Of a stretch of 64,000 nt of DNA, positions 29,301 to 38,153 are shown one piece after another. Every line of letters starts with the position of its first letter. Position 1 is the stretch's first letter. Origin of the DNA: an uncultured Gemmatimonadales bacterium (GTDB lineage: Bacteria > Gemmatimonadota > Gemmatimonadetes > Gemmatimonadales > Gemmatimonadaceae); NCBI GenBank assembly GCA_963793305.1, contig CAWBZV010000004.1, positions 64,001 through 128,000 of the forward strand. The letters run 5' to 3'. The notes below the pieces were generated by a model. The model saw only the letters and a program-made list of their open reading frames with translations, was not told the origin of the DNA and ran no database searches. The translations under genes were made by a program, and so were the position numbers.

Positions 29301-29502
29301 AGACGAGACCGGCACGATCAACGTCGTCGTGACGCCAAAGCGGTTCGAGCGCCAGGCACTGCTCATCTCGCGGACGCCGATCTTGCTCGTGCGCGGCATG
29401 CTGCAGATCGAGGACGGCGTCGTGAATCTCCGCGCGGAACGCTTCACGGTGCTTTCCGCACCGGTGGGCGCCGAGCACGCCCAGCGGCACGATTTTCACT
29501 AG
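26308..29502 (+). CDS. dnaE2: Error-prone DNA polymerase III alpha subunit
   Basis: YVELHCHSAFSLLDGA PHP domain, QGRGSAANS, PPDIDLDF, PRHRSIHVGG, YGFPESHAASF, RQRPGTAKG, and terminal RHDFH (DnaE2 SRDFH-type motif). Confidence 0.95.
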   Translation: MDYVELHCHSAFSLLDGAASPETLVSQAAALGYRALALTDHDELGGFVRFAQAAQEIDGFKPIIGAELTVGAHHLVLLAETREGYGNLSTLITRGRMDSPRGQPSVSLDLVARHAAGLTALTGCPRGWVPSALVADGPHVAKAAAGTLLDIFGREHLGVECWNHGLPEERQVVRGLIPIARALGVPWVVTNDVHYAESRLALVHDVLSSLRHSTTLDEMGTRLKPNAEWYLKSAAEMRRQWPDATGMRSTLAIAERCAFRLAQLEPTLPKFPVDEPDAYLAELVERGATERWGADRTEKHRRQLQHELAMIKQLGYAGFFLIVWDIMRFARDEGILAQGRGSAANSAVCYCLGITAVDPIKMGLLFERFLSEGRKEPPDIDLDFAHRERERVIQYVYTRYGREHAAMVCEQITYRGRSAVRDAARVFGFSVEQAGALADVSDRFSAKQTAATLRGAVAPTMEGVGRDPTTSIRPRTEGSDDVLTQAGLDPDDRRVKLLADVVEGLDQLPRHRSIHVGGFVLTEEPLSTVVPIEPASMPDRTVIQWERDDLDGAGLIKIDLLGLGMLTLLQDCIKYIKETRGVTIDFSQLDMFDKRVYESISRADTIGVFQIESRAQMQTLPRLQPRCFYDLVIEVAIIRPGPIQGDMVHPYLRRRAGVEDVTYPHPKLRPILERTLGVPLFQEQGMQVAISCAGFSPSEADNLRRAMGHKRSREKMAAIHDALVDGMARNGIASELAERIYKQINGFADYGFPESHAASFALLVYASAYLRYYYAPEFLAAILNAQPMGFYAAGTLVEDARHHGVEVRPIDLTHSDWDSTLECDTDPPATRLGLRCVRGLGTAAKTELARARAAGPFASVEDFVKRVRLDRRAVRQLAEAGAFDTMVGGTRREALWNVLESLRGTGGPLVVHRPVATPPVLPPMEPYELTAADYRTTGLSLNGHPMIHLRETVRLNGVRTARDIVARGKDGESIAAAGLVICRQRPGTAKGFVFLTLEDETGTINVVVTPKRFERQALLISRTPILLVRGMLQIEDGVVNLRAERFTVLSAPVGAEHAQRHDFH

Positions 29503-29740
29503 CCGCGGCCAACTCGCGATCCAACGCTGCCCCGAACTCGGCCCACGGCACACCGATCGCGCCAAGCAATCGGTTCATCGTCACAATTGTCGGGTTCAAC
29601 ACGCCCCGTTCGACACGGCCGACATACGTGCGCGTGACGCCCGCGCGCACCGCCAGCCGCTCTTGCGAGATGCCCGCATTTTCCCGAATCTGTCGGACCA
29701 CGGTGGCGATGATCGCCGCACTCGTGAGCACATTGCGCAC
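29444..29740 (-). CDS. Small XRE-family HTH regulator
   Basis: RENAGISQERLAVRAGVTRTYVGRVERGVLNPT. Its 3' end overlaps dnaE2 convergently. Confidence 0.85.
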   Translation of the reverse strand: MRNVLTSAAIIATVVRQIRENAGISQERLAVRAGVTRTYVGRVERGVLNPTIVTMNRLLGAIGVPWAEFGAALDRELAAASENRAAGRARRPPVRKAP

Positions 29741-30192
29741 GTCAGGTATTAGCAGAGACGGACGCCCGCACTCAACCGTCCATAGGACGTGTCAGCAGAG
29801 GCCGGGTTCGTGAAGGGCTGACGTGGTAGCCGCGGGCGGCAATCCCGATGAGGCGAATATACATCAACACATCTCACAACCGAGAGATCGCACCGGCAGG
29901 CCGGGAGGAGAACTGTAGGGCGTGGGCGTTTACGGTGTCCTAATACGTATGCCGCACGTCGATCGGACCTTCTCTCGGACAGGACAGGAATGACAAAGCT
30001 GCTCGTGATTCTCATTGACCCTGCTGCAAAACGAAGGACGGGCAGGGTAGCAGGGCATCGTCAGCTGAACGTCAGAGCTTTCCTCATCGATATCCGCCGT
30101 CGCAATCACCGCCCACCGCGAGGCAGGCGAATTCCGCACCCGCCCTACGGGCGTCGTCGTGGTCCGACATGCCACTATAGGAGACCGGGTCG

Positions 30193-30660
30193 CTAGGACC
30201 CCGCGCTGAGCTCCGGTAGACCACCGGACTCGGCGAGCTTGAGCGCATGGTCCGCCATTGCCAGCTCGACGGTTCCAACGAACTCGGCGGCCGCATCGGC
30301 GTGCTCACGCGCGACCGGGATCTTGAGCTCCTGTGCGCGGGCGCCGGGAACATCGATGAAGGTTTTGAGATCGCGCGCGGTGATCATCAGTTCGCGCCGC
30401 CGAAGCCAACCATGCCGCCGCGCGCGAATCGAGGAGAGAGACCCGATCGGCACCCGAATCTCACGCACGGGTTCGGTGGAACGGTCAGTGCGAACGCTCG
30501 CCCCACCAACTCGGGTCACGGTGCGAGTGACCAAAACCTGAAACACCAATGCCTCACCGTCGAGCCGCACCAATCCTTCGCACAGTTCGTGCGTCGTGGT
30601 CACCTGGGCCGGGCCTCCGACCTGGGCGTCCTTCGTCTTAACGAACCGGAAAGGAAGCAT
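30193..30660 (-). CDS. Hypothetical protein
   Basis: Protein-like composition (EGLVRLDGEALVFQ...). ATG 30660 is preceded by TATCTT-N6. Confidence 0.65.
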   Translation of the reverse strand: MLPFRFVKTKDAQVGGPAQVTTTHELCEGLVRLDGEALVFQVLVTRTVTRVGGASVRTDRSTEPVREIRVPIGSLSSIRARRHGWLRRRELMITARDLKTFIDVPGARAQELKIPVAREHADAAAEFVGTVELAMADHALKLAESGGLPELSAGS

Positions 30661-30676
30661 CGTCCAAAGATACAAT

Positions 30677-31054
30677 ATGCAAGCACTCGAATACGGACTG
30701 GAAGCGCTGGCGCGCTACGAGAAAGCGGCGAGAGCCTACGATGTGCTCGCGCGCCGATATCACGCCGCGGTCGGCGCCGAGCAGCGACGCATCGATGGCG
30801 AGCGGCGGTTCGTTCGCGTGGAGTTGGAGCGCGTCGTACGGGGCTACGCGGCGAAGCTCCGCGCGAGCGGCGTGCCGGTCGATGAGATGATCGCGACCGT
30901 CAAAGCCGTCGTCTGCCGCGCATTCGTGCGCGTCGGCTGGCGCCACGGTGGCGCGTTGGTCCTCGAGATCCTCGACTGGGGACTGGAGGGGTACTACGGC
31001 GCCCTCAGCGCGGAGAGAACTGCTGGGCCCGAGCCGGCGCGCTGCGCCATGTGA
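30677..31054 (+). CDS. Hypothetical helical protein
   Basis: YAAKLRASGVPVDEMIATVKA...ILDWGLEGYY, an amphipathic helical pattern. Confidence 0.55.
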   Translation: MQALEYGLEALARYEKAARAYDVLARRYHAAVGAEQRRIDGERRFVRVELERVVRGYAAKLRASGVPVDEMIATVKAVVCRAFVRVGWRHGGALVLEILDWGLEGYYGALSAERTAGPEPARCAM

Positions 31055-31970
31055 GCGTCCACCGACGCTCGGCGCCCGGCGCGAGCCAGTGCGCGCTATC
31101 CCACGGCTGCAGCAATGCATTGGTCAGCGAGTCCGGCGCGCCAATGCACGGCGCCAACGACACGTTCGCGTATGGCTTGATCTTGCGGCTCGGACTCCAG
31201 GCGCGGCGGTTGATCCAGAGCGCGCAGTTCGGAATCTCGGTCGAATCGAAAACAGCTTCCAGTCGCGCTGCTCCCTGCTCAATCCCAACCACGGCAGGCC
31301 CCGCCGGCATCGTGAGGAACAGCTTGCACGCGTACGTCTTCGTGACATCGTCCGGCCACGACATGTCGGCGATTTTCTTTTCCAGTCGCGCACGCGGCCA
31401 CCGAAACTCGTCGGACATTCCAATGACCTCGCCGTGCCTGGAATCCGCCCGCACCAGCGCGCCGGCTGGAAGATCGAGCCACGTGTCCTGGGTCAGCGCG
31501 ATCAACGGGTGCGCCGACCAGACAAACGGCAGCGGATCCGCGCCGAGATTGCGGGCGACGTAGCGCATCACGATCGTCCCGCCAGCCGTGACTTGTACCG
31601 TGCGGGTGAATTGGTACGGCATGCGCCGCCCCTCCCACACGCACGTCGCCGTCTGGCCATCCGGCAAGGTCTCGATCGTGACGTCGGGGCGCATGCTCCA
31701 CAGCTCGCCATGATCCGGGAGCTTCACGCCCGCGAATTTCTTGATCGTCGCGGGCACATCACAGGCCGCGATCGTCGGGTAGCACTCGTCGTATCCACCC
31801 GAGTCGACGTAAGCGCCGCCGTCCTCATCTGGCGGGGCCGCCGGTATCTCGGGATTGGACCACAACCACTGCCGCCCCGCGATCTCGAGGACATCGATCT
31901 TGCCGCCGAGGGCGGGAACGATGCGTACGCGCGACGTGCCGCCTTGCAGCTCGGCGAACCCGAGCTTCAC
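31005..31970 (-). CDS. Galactose mutarotase / aldose 1-epimerase-like protein
   Basis: VPALGGKI, GGYDECYPT, LPDHGELW, FVWSAHPL. GTG at 31970. Confidence 0.82.
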   Translation of the reverse strand: MKLGFAELQGGTSRVRIVPALGGKIDVLEIAGRQWLWSNPEIPAAPPDEDGGAYVDSGGYDECYPTIAACDVPATIKKFAGVKLPDHGELWSMRPDVTIETLPDGQTATCVWEGRRMPYQFTRTVQVTAGGTIVMRYVARNLGADPLPFVWSAHPLIALTQDTWLDLPAGALVRADSRHGEVIGMSDEFRWPRARLEKKIADMSWPDDVTKTYACKLFLTMPAGPAVVGIEQGAARLEAVFDSTEIPNCALWINRRAWSPSRKIKPYANVSLAPCIGAPDSLTNALLQPWDSAHWLAPGAERRWTLTWRSAPARAQQFSPR

Positions 31971-31981
31971 TGACCGCTCAC

Positions 31982-33199
31982 CTATCGCGCCTCTTCGACC
32001 GTCACGCCTCGCGTGGCGAACACGCGCGCGACCGCCTCGCCGATCTTGTTGTTCGGCGTGCTCGCCCCGGCGGTGAGCCCCAGGCGCACGGGCCGGTCCA
32101 ACGGGAGCCAACCCGGCGTCTCGATCTCGTCATGCGCGCCGGCCGGCCGATGGCGGATGGTCCCCCGCTCCACATCCAGGCAGCTCGCGTCCTCGACGTG
32201 ATAGGTCGTGACCGTCTTCGCGCAGATCGCCGCCAGCGACAGCGTGTTGCTCGAGTTGTAGCCGCCGACGACCAGCATCACGTCGAGCGGCTCCTTGAGC
32301 AGCGCCTCGACGGCGTCCTGTCGATCCTGCGTCGCGCTGCAAATCGTATCGAACGTCCGAAAATTCGCCGCGCGATGCGCTTCGCCGTGCGCGCGCGCCA
32401 TGGCTTGCCCGACTTCCTCGCCAATGGCCAGGGACTCGCGCGCGAGCATCGTGGTCTGATTGGCGACGCCGATCCGCGCCAGGTCGCGATCCGGATCGAA
32501 GTTCGGCGAGGCGGCCTTGGCGAAGCGCGTCAGAAACGTCGTCCGATCGCCCCGCCCCTCGATGTAGTCGCAGACGATGCGCGCCTCGGCCATGTCGCGC
32601 ACCACGAGATAGTGCCGGTCCTGGTATTTCTCGACCTGCGAGGCCGTGGCGCGGGTCTCTTCGTGATAGTACTTGCCGTGGATCAGCGCCGTATACCCAT
32701 CGCGCGCGTAGGTGTCGACCCGTTTCCACACGTTGAGCACGGAGCCGCAGGTCGTGTCGACCATGATCGACCCTTTCTCGCGCAGCGTCTCGAAATCGCG
32801 CATCGTGACGCCGAACGCCGGCAGGATGACCACGTCCGGCGCCCCGACACCGCTGAAGTCGAACCCATCGCGACCGGACGCGAGGAACTCGATCCCCATC
32901 TCCCGCATCTTCGCGTTCACGTGCGGATTGTGAATGATCTCGCCCGCGAGGAAAATCCGGCGCTCCGGGAATTTCGTGCGCGTCTGATACGCGTATTCGA
33001 CCGCGCGCTCGACGCCGTAGCAGAACCCGAACTCGCGCGCGAGGCGGACCGTGACGCCGCCGGCGCTCAGCTCGTAATCGCGCGCGCGCAAGAGATCGAC
33101 CAACCGACCGGAGTAGTCCGCGGTCAGCGAGTCCTGCACCTCGGACTTGAGCCCGAAGCCCTTACGATAGTACGTGGAGGAGGTCTCGGACGCGGGCAT
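31982..33199 (-). CDS. ispH: 4-hydroxy-3-methylbut-2-enyl diphosphate reductase
   Basis: FGFCYGVERA, EIIHNP, DTTC, NQTTM, DTICSATQDRQ, GGYNSSNT, TAGASTP. Confidence 0.96.
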   Translation of the reverse strand: MPASETSSTYYRKGFGLKSEVQDSLTADYSGRLVDLLRARDYELSAGGVTVRLAREFGFCYGVERAVEYAYQTRTKFPERRIFLAGEIIHNPHVNAKMREMGIEFLASGRDGFDFSGVGAPDVVILPAFGVTMRDFETLREKGSIMVDTTCGSVLNVWKRVDTYARDGYTALIHGKYYHEETRATASQVEKYQDRHYLVVRDMAEARIVCDYIEGRGDRTTFLTRFAKAASPNFDPDRDLARIGVANQTTMLARESLAIGEEVGQAMARAHGEAHRAANFRTFDTICSATQDRQDAVEALLKEPLDVMLVVGGYNSSNTLSLAAICAKTVTTYHVEDASCLDVERGTIRHRPAGAHDEIETPGWLPLDRPVRLGLTAGASTPNNKIGEAVARVFATRGVTVEEAR

Positions 33200-33208
33200 G
33201 GCCGAAAT

Positions 33209-33871
33209 CTAGTGCGTGAGGTGCGTGCCCGAGATCTGTGCCGCCGGATCGATAGTCAATAAGCCGTGGCCGCCAGCGACCAACCACTCGACAATGACCT
33301 TGGAGCAGGGATTCGCCGGCACCAAGAGGTTCTGAAGCGGGGTGAGCACGCATGTTCCGCGACTGCTCAACGCCTCGACCCCAACGCCCGCGGTGCTGTC
33401 GACGAGCAATGTCCCGAGCGTGTCCGTGTACAGCGTCAGGGACCTGGCGAGCGTATCGGCCTGCCCGGCCCCGGCCGGCACGAACCGCACTCGCAGGTCG
33501 ACGAACTCGTTCGGCCTGGTGCTTGGGGCCCACGCCGCGAGCCGGTAGCTCGAGTCGGTGATCTTCTTCCCGCCCACGCTGTCGGGGAATGCGTCGACTT
33601 CGGTCAGCACCTCGAAGACCGCCAGCTCGCCCCGCGCCTGGGCCGAGAGCACGGTCGGATTCGCGCCACGGGCGAGGATACTGGCGATATCCTGGTACCA
33701 TCGCAGGCGGACGTCGGCAGGGTTCGACGCCTGGAGCTCACCCGCCAGGGTGTCGAAGTGCAGCGCCAGCGCCGCCGCCGTTGGGGGCGGCGGAGTGCTA
33801 TTGGTCGATTGATCGCTACTACACGCCACGGCGGCCAGTACCCCCGCCGCGAGTACCACCCGGCGCATCAT
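33209..33871 (-). CDS. Hypothetical lipoprotein (LALHxD family, paralog 2)
   Basis: AVAC lipobox, LALHFDTLA, DSSYRLAAW, C-x14-C-x6-W. Confidence 0.78.
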   Translation of the reverse strand: MMRRVVLAAGVLAAVACSSDQSTNSTPPPPTAAALALHFDTLAGELQASNPADVRLRWYQDIASILARGANPTVLSAQARGELAVFEVLTEVDAFPDSVGGKKITDSSYRLAAWAPSTRPNEFVDLRVRFVPAGAGQADTLARSLTLYTDTLGTLLVDSTAGVGVEALSSRGTCVLTPLQNLLVPANPCSKVIVEWLVAGGHGLLTIDPAAQISGTHLTH

Positions 33872-34536
33872 CGCTCGGCGACCTGAGTCCCAGCGACAGG
33901 CGCCTCCTTCGCGGCCCCCAGATCCAGCCGAACACCTTGAATCGATTGCACCGGCATCTCGATTCGGCCGCCCCCGGCGAGGCGAACGTTGAGGGCCCAC
34001 TGGAGCGTCTGGTGCACGCACCGGGCGCCTGGCCCGAATGGGTCGGAGTGGAGCGCGGAATACGCGCAACCGCCTCCGAGCGCGGACCGCGTCACGCTCA
34101 CGGCACCCGAGTCGCTCTGCCGAAAACCGGCCGCGCCGGTCGTGTAGGTGACGATTCCGGTCGCCGACCCGCGCATCGCGACGACCCCCAGCACGAATGC
34201 CGACGGGTCCCACCCGTCCCATGCGATGACGACGAACTCCGAATCCCCCGTCGCGGGCCCCACGACACCCTCGTAGGACAGCGCGTCGAACCGTCGGGCC
34301 GCGCCGTCGGCCGTGATGACCACTGGTGTCGGCCTCAGGCCTCGCGAGAGACCGACGGCGACCTCGCGCAGGTAGCCGGCACGCACGGCGTCACCATCCG
34401 CCGTGGCGCGCTCCGCCAGGTTGTCGAAGTGCAGCGCCAGCGCTCCGGTCTTCGGACCCGTGGCCGAGCCCATGCCGCATGCGCTTAAGCCTATAGTCAG
34501 GGTTAGCGCCAAAGCGGGCCGTCCAAACCGGGTCAT
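33868..34536 (-). CDS. Hypothetical lipoprotein (LALHxD family, paralog 3)
   Basis: LSAC lipobox, LALHFDNLA, DSEFVVIAW, C-x15-C-x6-W. Confidence 0.78.
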   Translation of the reverse strand: MTRFGRPALALTLTIGLSACGMGSATGPKTGALALHFDNLAERATADGDAVRAGYLREVAVGLSRGLRPTPVVITADGAARRFDALSYEGVVGPATGDSEFVVIAWDGWDPSAFVLGVVAMRGSATGIVTYTTGAAGFRQSDSGAVSVTRSALGGGCAYSALHSDPFGPGARCVHQTLQWALNVRLAGGGRIEMPVQSIQGVRLDLGAAKEAPVAGTQVAER

Positions 34537-34546
34537 CGCACCGAAT

Positions 34547-35275
34547 CTAGTGTACGACAACAACGCCAGGGGAGTAACCCGACGGGAGACTCCACCGCGC
34601 GGACGGGCTGAACCGCAGGCCGAACTGCCAGAGGAGCAGCTCCCGATTGCACATCTGGCCGCTGACGTTGTCGTTCGCGATCGATGACACGGTGACGAAC
34701 GCGCACACCGCGCCAAAGACGCCGAAGTCTCCCTCGATCGATCCGGAGTCCGCCACGGCAACCGTGTTGCCCGCGACCAGCGCGCCGGAAGTCACGGTGT
34801 CCGCCGCGCTCGTGTCCACCAGGTGATTCGCGAGACCCAGGATGGCGAGCTCACTCTGCACTTGCGGCGCGATCCCCGGATCGCCGGTGCGCACGACGAT
34901 CATCGTGTCCGCGTTCGCGCCCCGCCAGCCTACGAAAACGAGGAGAGAGTCCTTGACGCTGTCGGTCTGCGCGGTGGCGTTCACCGCCACGTTCGCCATC
35001 GTCCACGAGACAGTCGTGTAGGTCGCGGTGTCCTTGGCGCCCAATCCGTTCGACAAGATGAGTAACCCGGGGGTCGTTCCGTCGGCGATTGCGCGCAGCG
35101 CCAAATTGAGCGCGGCGACCCGGTTCGCTTGGCTCGAGGCGCTGGCCTGGGCGGACAGCGAGTCGAAATGCAAGGCAAGGGGCGTATCGGGCCCGAGGAC
35201 CTTCGCTGAGTCGTCGTGCAGACATCCGGCGAGAGCACACACCCCGACGACCGCGACCAACCTCATGTGACGCAT
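34547..35275 (-). CDS. Hypothetical lipoprotein (LALHxD family, paralog 4)
   Basis: LAGC lipobox, LALHFDSLS, DSLLVFVGW, C-x17-C-x6-W. Confidence 0.78.
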   Translation of the reverse strand: MRHMRLVAVVGVCALAGCLHDDSAKVLGPDTPLALHFDSLSAQASASSQANRVAALNLALRAIADGTTPGLLILSNGLGAKDTATYTTVSWTMANVAVNATAQTDSVKDSLLVFVGWRGANADTMIVVRTGDPGIAPQVQSELAILGLANHLVDTSAADTVTSGALVAGNTVAVADSGSIEGDFGVFGAVCAFVTVSSIANDNVSGQMCNRELLLWQFGLRFSPSARWSLPSGYSPGVVVVH

Positions 35276-35328
35276 ATAGATAACATAGCCACTATTGACG
35301 TTTGGTGCCCGAGCGTACGTTTCGGCCA

Positions 35329-36315
35329 ATGCGTGAGGCAGAAGGACCGCCCGAGCTGAGCCGGCCCCCGGCGCTGCTCAAGGGCGATACAATCGGCGTC
35401 GTGGCTCCGTCGTACGCGCCCAGACCCGGGTGGTTGTCCCGCGGTGTGAAGGCCCTGGAGCGTGCGGGATACAGCGTGATCCTCGATTCCGAGCTCTCGA
35501 CGCTCCGTCGATTCCAGCGCGCCGAGGACGAGCGGCGCGCTGAAAACTTCATGGGCATGTGGCTGGAACCACGGGTCAAGGCCGTTATCGGCGGCACCGG
35601 GGGATACGGGGCCGTCCGCATGCTGCCGCACTTGGAGCCCGAGATCTTCCGCCTCAACCCCAAGAGCTTCGTCGGCTACTCTGATGTCACGGCCCTGCAC
35701 TTGTGGCTGATGCGTCGCGCCCATCTGCGGGTCTTTCACGGTCCCACTGTCGATGATCTCATACCGAGTACCCGGGATCCCACGATGTCGTCACTTCTCG
35801 CGGCGCTGACGACACCCCGTCCCACGACTCGCATCGGGCGTGATATCGCGCGCGTGGTTCGTCCCGGTCGCGCGGTCGGCCGACTGACCGGTGGCAATTT
35901 GTCGTTGGTGCAACAGTCGATCGGGACGCCGTACGAGATCGACACGCGGGGCGCCATTCTCTTCCTGGAAGAGACGCGGGAGCCCATGTCCGTGGCCGAT
36001 GAGCGATTGGTGCATCTCCGGGCCGCCGGTCTCATGTCACAGGTCCGTGGCGTTGTATTTGGACAGTTATCGCTCGATCGATCCGAAGAAGACGAGTTCG
36101 AGGATTTTCTCACGGATCTCGTATCCGACCTGGACGTGCCGATCATCACGGACTTCCCGTCCGGACACGAGAACCCCAATTTGACGTTGCCACTGGGGAC
36201 GGAGGTCGAGCTGGTCGCCGACGAGCACACGGGTTGGCTCGTGTACAAGGAAGACGCACTGATTGCGCCACCAGCGTTGGTGGGCGCGAACAGCGCCGCG
36301 GCCGCGGCGGACTGA
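35329..36315 (+). CDS. LD-carboxypeptidase (peptidase S66)
   Basis: GDTIGVVAPS, GGYGA, FVGYSDVT, GGNLS, LFLEE, PSGH (Ser-Glu-His triad). Confidence 0.93.
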   Translation: MREAEGPPELSRPPALLKGDTIGVVAPSYAPRPGWLSRGVKALERAGYSVILDSELSTLRRFQRAEDERRAENFMGMWLEPRVKAVIGGTGGYGAVRMLPHLEPEIFRLNPKSFVGYSDVTALHLWLMRRAHLRVFHGPTVDDLIPSTRDPTMSSLLAALTTPRPTTRIGRDIARVVRPGRAVGRLTGGNLSLVQQSIGTPYEIDTRGAILFLEETREPMSVADERLVHLRAAGLMSQVRGVVFGQLSLDRSEEDEFEDFLTDLVSDLDVPIITDFPSGHENPNLTLPLGTEVELVADEHTGWLVYKEDALIAPPALVGANSAAAAAD

Positions 36316-36331
36316 GGAGACGCACACACGC

Positions 36332-36907
36332 ATGCGCCTGTGGTTGGACTTCGTCAATACCGCGGCCGGTCGAGCCGATGTCCTCGATGACTTCTCGGCG
36401 TTCCTCGCGTGGCTCTCGGCCATGGGCGCGGTCGATGGCGATCGCGTCGGCGGCATTCTGCGGCGGGCCGAGCAGCAGCCTGCGGGGGCGGGCGCGGTGT
36501 TGGCGGATGCCCGTCGTGTGCGGGCGGCCCTCCGGACGCTGGCCGAATGCGGCGCGTACGTCGAACGCGCGCGCATCGAGGCCCTCTCGGAGATCAATCG
36601 CGTCCTCGGCCGCAGCGCCGGCACACGCCGCGTCGATCTCCGGCCCGATGGCCGATTCGTCCGCACGTTCGCGCCCGTCGGCGACGCCTTCGCCGGCCTC
36701 ATGATTCCGGTCGTCGACTCGGCCGGCGACGCGCTCGTGACCGGCGAGCTGACGCGCGTGCGGCGATGCGTCGGCACCCGGTGCACGCGCGTGTTCCTCG
36801 ACGTCACCAAGAACGGGCGCCGCCGGTGGTGCGACATGGCGACGTGCGGGAACCGCGCGAAAGCCGCGCGGCACCGCGAAAGACTTCGGGAAACTCGCGT
36901 AAGCTAG
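36332..36907 (+). CDS. ABATE + CGNR zinc finger protein
   Basis: LDFVNT start and C..RC..VFLDVTKNGRRRWCDMATCGNRAKAARHR. Confidence 0.92.
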   Translation: MRLWLDFVNTAAGRADVLDDFSAFLAWLSAMGAVDGDRVGGILRRAEQQPAGAGAVLADARRVRAALRTLAECGAYVERARIEALSEINRVLGRSAGTRRVDLRPDGRFVRTFAPVGDAFAGLMIPVVDSAGDALVTGELTRVRRCVGTRCTRVFLDVTKNGRRRWCDMATCGNRAKAARHRERLRETRVS

Positions 36908-36994
36908 GCGCAGCCTAGCGTTCCAACCGACCAGCTTCGTGCAGCGCGCTGTTTGCGCTGCCCCGAAGCGTCAGCTAGGCGCCACGAAGTGCGA

Positions 36995-38143
36995 CTAGCT
37001 GATCGTTTCGACGATATCGATATCGCGGGCCCGCAGCGCCTCGATGTATCGGCGCGCCGGCATGCTTTCGTCCGGCGTGTACACGCCCGGCTGGCCCGCG
37101 GCGTTGCACGCCTGGAACTGACCGGTAATGGACAGCGAGTAGCCCGTCGTGCGCATCATCGCGCTGATGCCACGCGCGGCATCGTAGTAGTCGATCAGCT
37201 CGAACGCGATGCGCTTCGGCGTGCCCTTGGACGAGCCCTCGACCTCGACGCGGAGCGCGACGAGATCCTTACCCTTGGGGCGGGTCAAGTGCGGGCTCAT
37301 CGCGGCCACCGCGACATTGCGCGGGGCGATCTTCGTCCCCTTCACGTTGAGCGGCGCGAGATCCAGGAGGCCGAGATCGCGAATGGCCTCCATAATATGG
37401 GCGTGACCCGGATAGCGAAGGGTCTTGTACTCCATCTTCGGAATCTTCCCCTCGTACCGGAACGCCATCGTCGAGAGACCGCCGGCCGTGTGGAAGGCTT
37501 CCAACTCGCCGACTGGCGCGGGGAACTTGACCGGCTCGATCTCGGACAACGCTTTCACTTGCTGGCGCTTGCTGTCGCGCAGGACCCACGACAGCGTCGT
37601 GTAGTAATCCAGCACGCCTTCCAGCGAGTAGACGATCTGGTAGTTGAGCGGCGGCTCGGGATTCTGCGGGAGTCCGCCGACGAAGATCTTGACCGACTGC
37701 GTGCGGTCGAGCTGCGAGATACCGTGCTGCGCGAGGATGTTCACCATGCCCGGCGCGACGCCGCAGTCGGGAATCACCGTCACGCCCGCATCCTGCGCGC
37801 GCGCGTGCAGCTCTTTTTGCTGGAACACGATCTCGGTGTTTCCGCCGAGGTCGCAGAAATGAACCTTCGATTCGACGGCGAGACGGGCCAGCTCGAAGTT
37901 GAAGTAGTAGGGGATCGCGCTCATCACCGCGTCACCGTGCTGGAAGAACGCACGGACAGCCGTCGCGTCGCGGACGTCGATACGAGTTGGGATCAGCCTG
38001 TTGCCCACGTATGGCGTGAGAAATTCCGGCAGGCGATCGACGTTCAGGTCCGCGAGGCGGACTTCGGTTACATCCGGATTCTGTAAGAGATCATAGGCGC
38101 ACGCGGAACCCTGGAGTCCGGCGCCGAGAACAAGCATTCGCAT
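36995..38143 (-). CDS. Saccharopine dehydrogenase / lysine 6-dehydrogenase family protein
   Basis: VLGAGLQG, CDLGGNT, DCGVAPG, VGGLPQ, EYKTLRYPGH, SAMMRTTG. Confidence 0.9.
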   Translation of the reverse strand: MRMLVLGAGLQGSACAYDLLQNPDVTEVRLADLNVDRLPEFLTPYVGNRLIPTRIDVRDATAVRAFFQHGDAVMSAIPYYFNFELARLAVESKVHFCDLGGNTEIVFQQKELHARAQDAGVTVIPDCGVAPGMVNILAQHGISQLDRTQSVKIFVGGLPQNPEPPLNYQIVYSLEGVLDYYTTLSWVLRDSKRQQVKALSEIEPVKFPAPVGELEAFHTAGGLSTMAFRYEGKIPKMEYKTLRYPGHAHIMEAIRDLGLLDLAPLNVKGTKIAPRNVAVAAMSPHLTRPKGKDLVALRVEVEGSSKGTPKRIAFELIDYYDAARGISAMMRTTGYSLSITGQFQACNAAGQPGVYTPDESMPARRYIEALRARDIDIVETIS

Positions 38144-38153
38144 GACGGCAAAT

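Noticed and set aside
36995..38143. Lysine dehydrogenase-like gene as part of the aminomutase pathway
   Set aside because: It is about 19 kb away in a different operon, with no sequence evidence of linkage.
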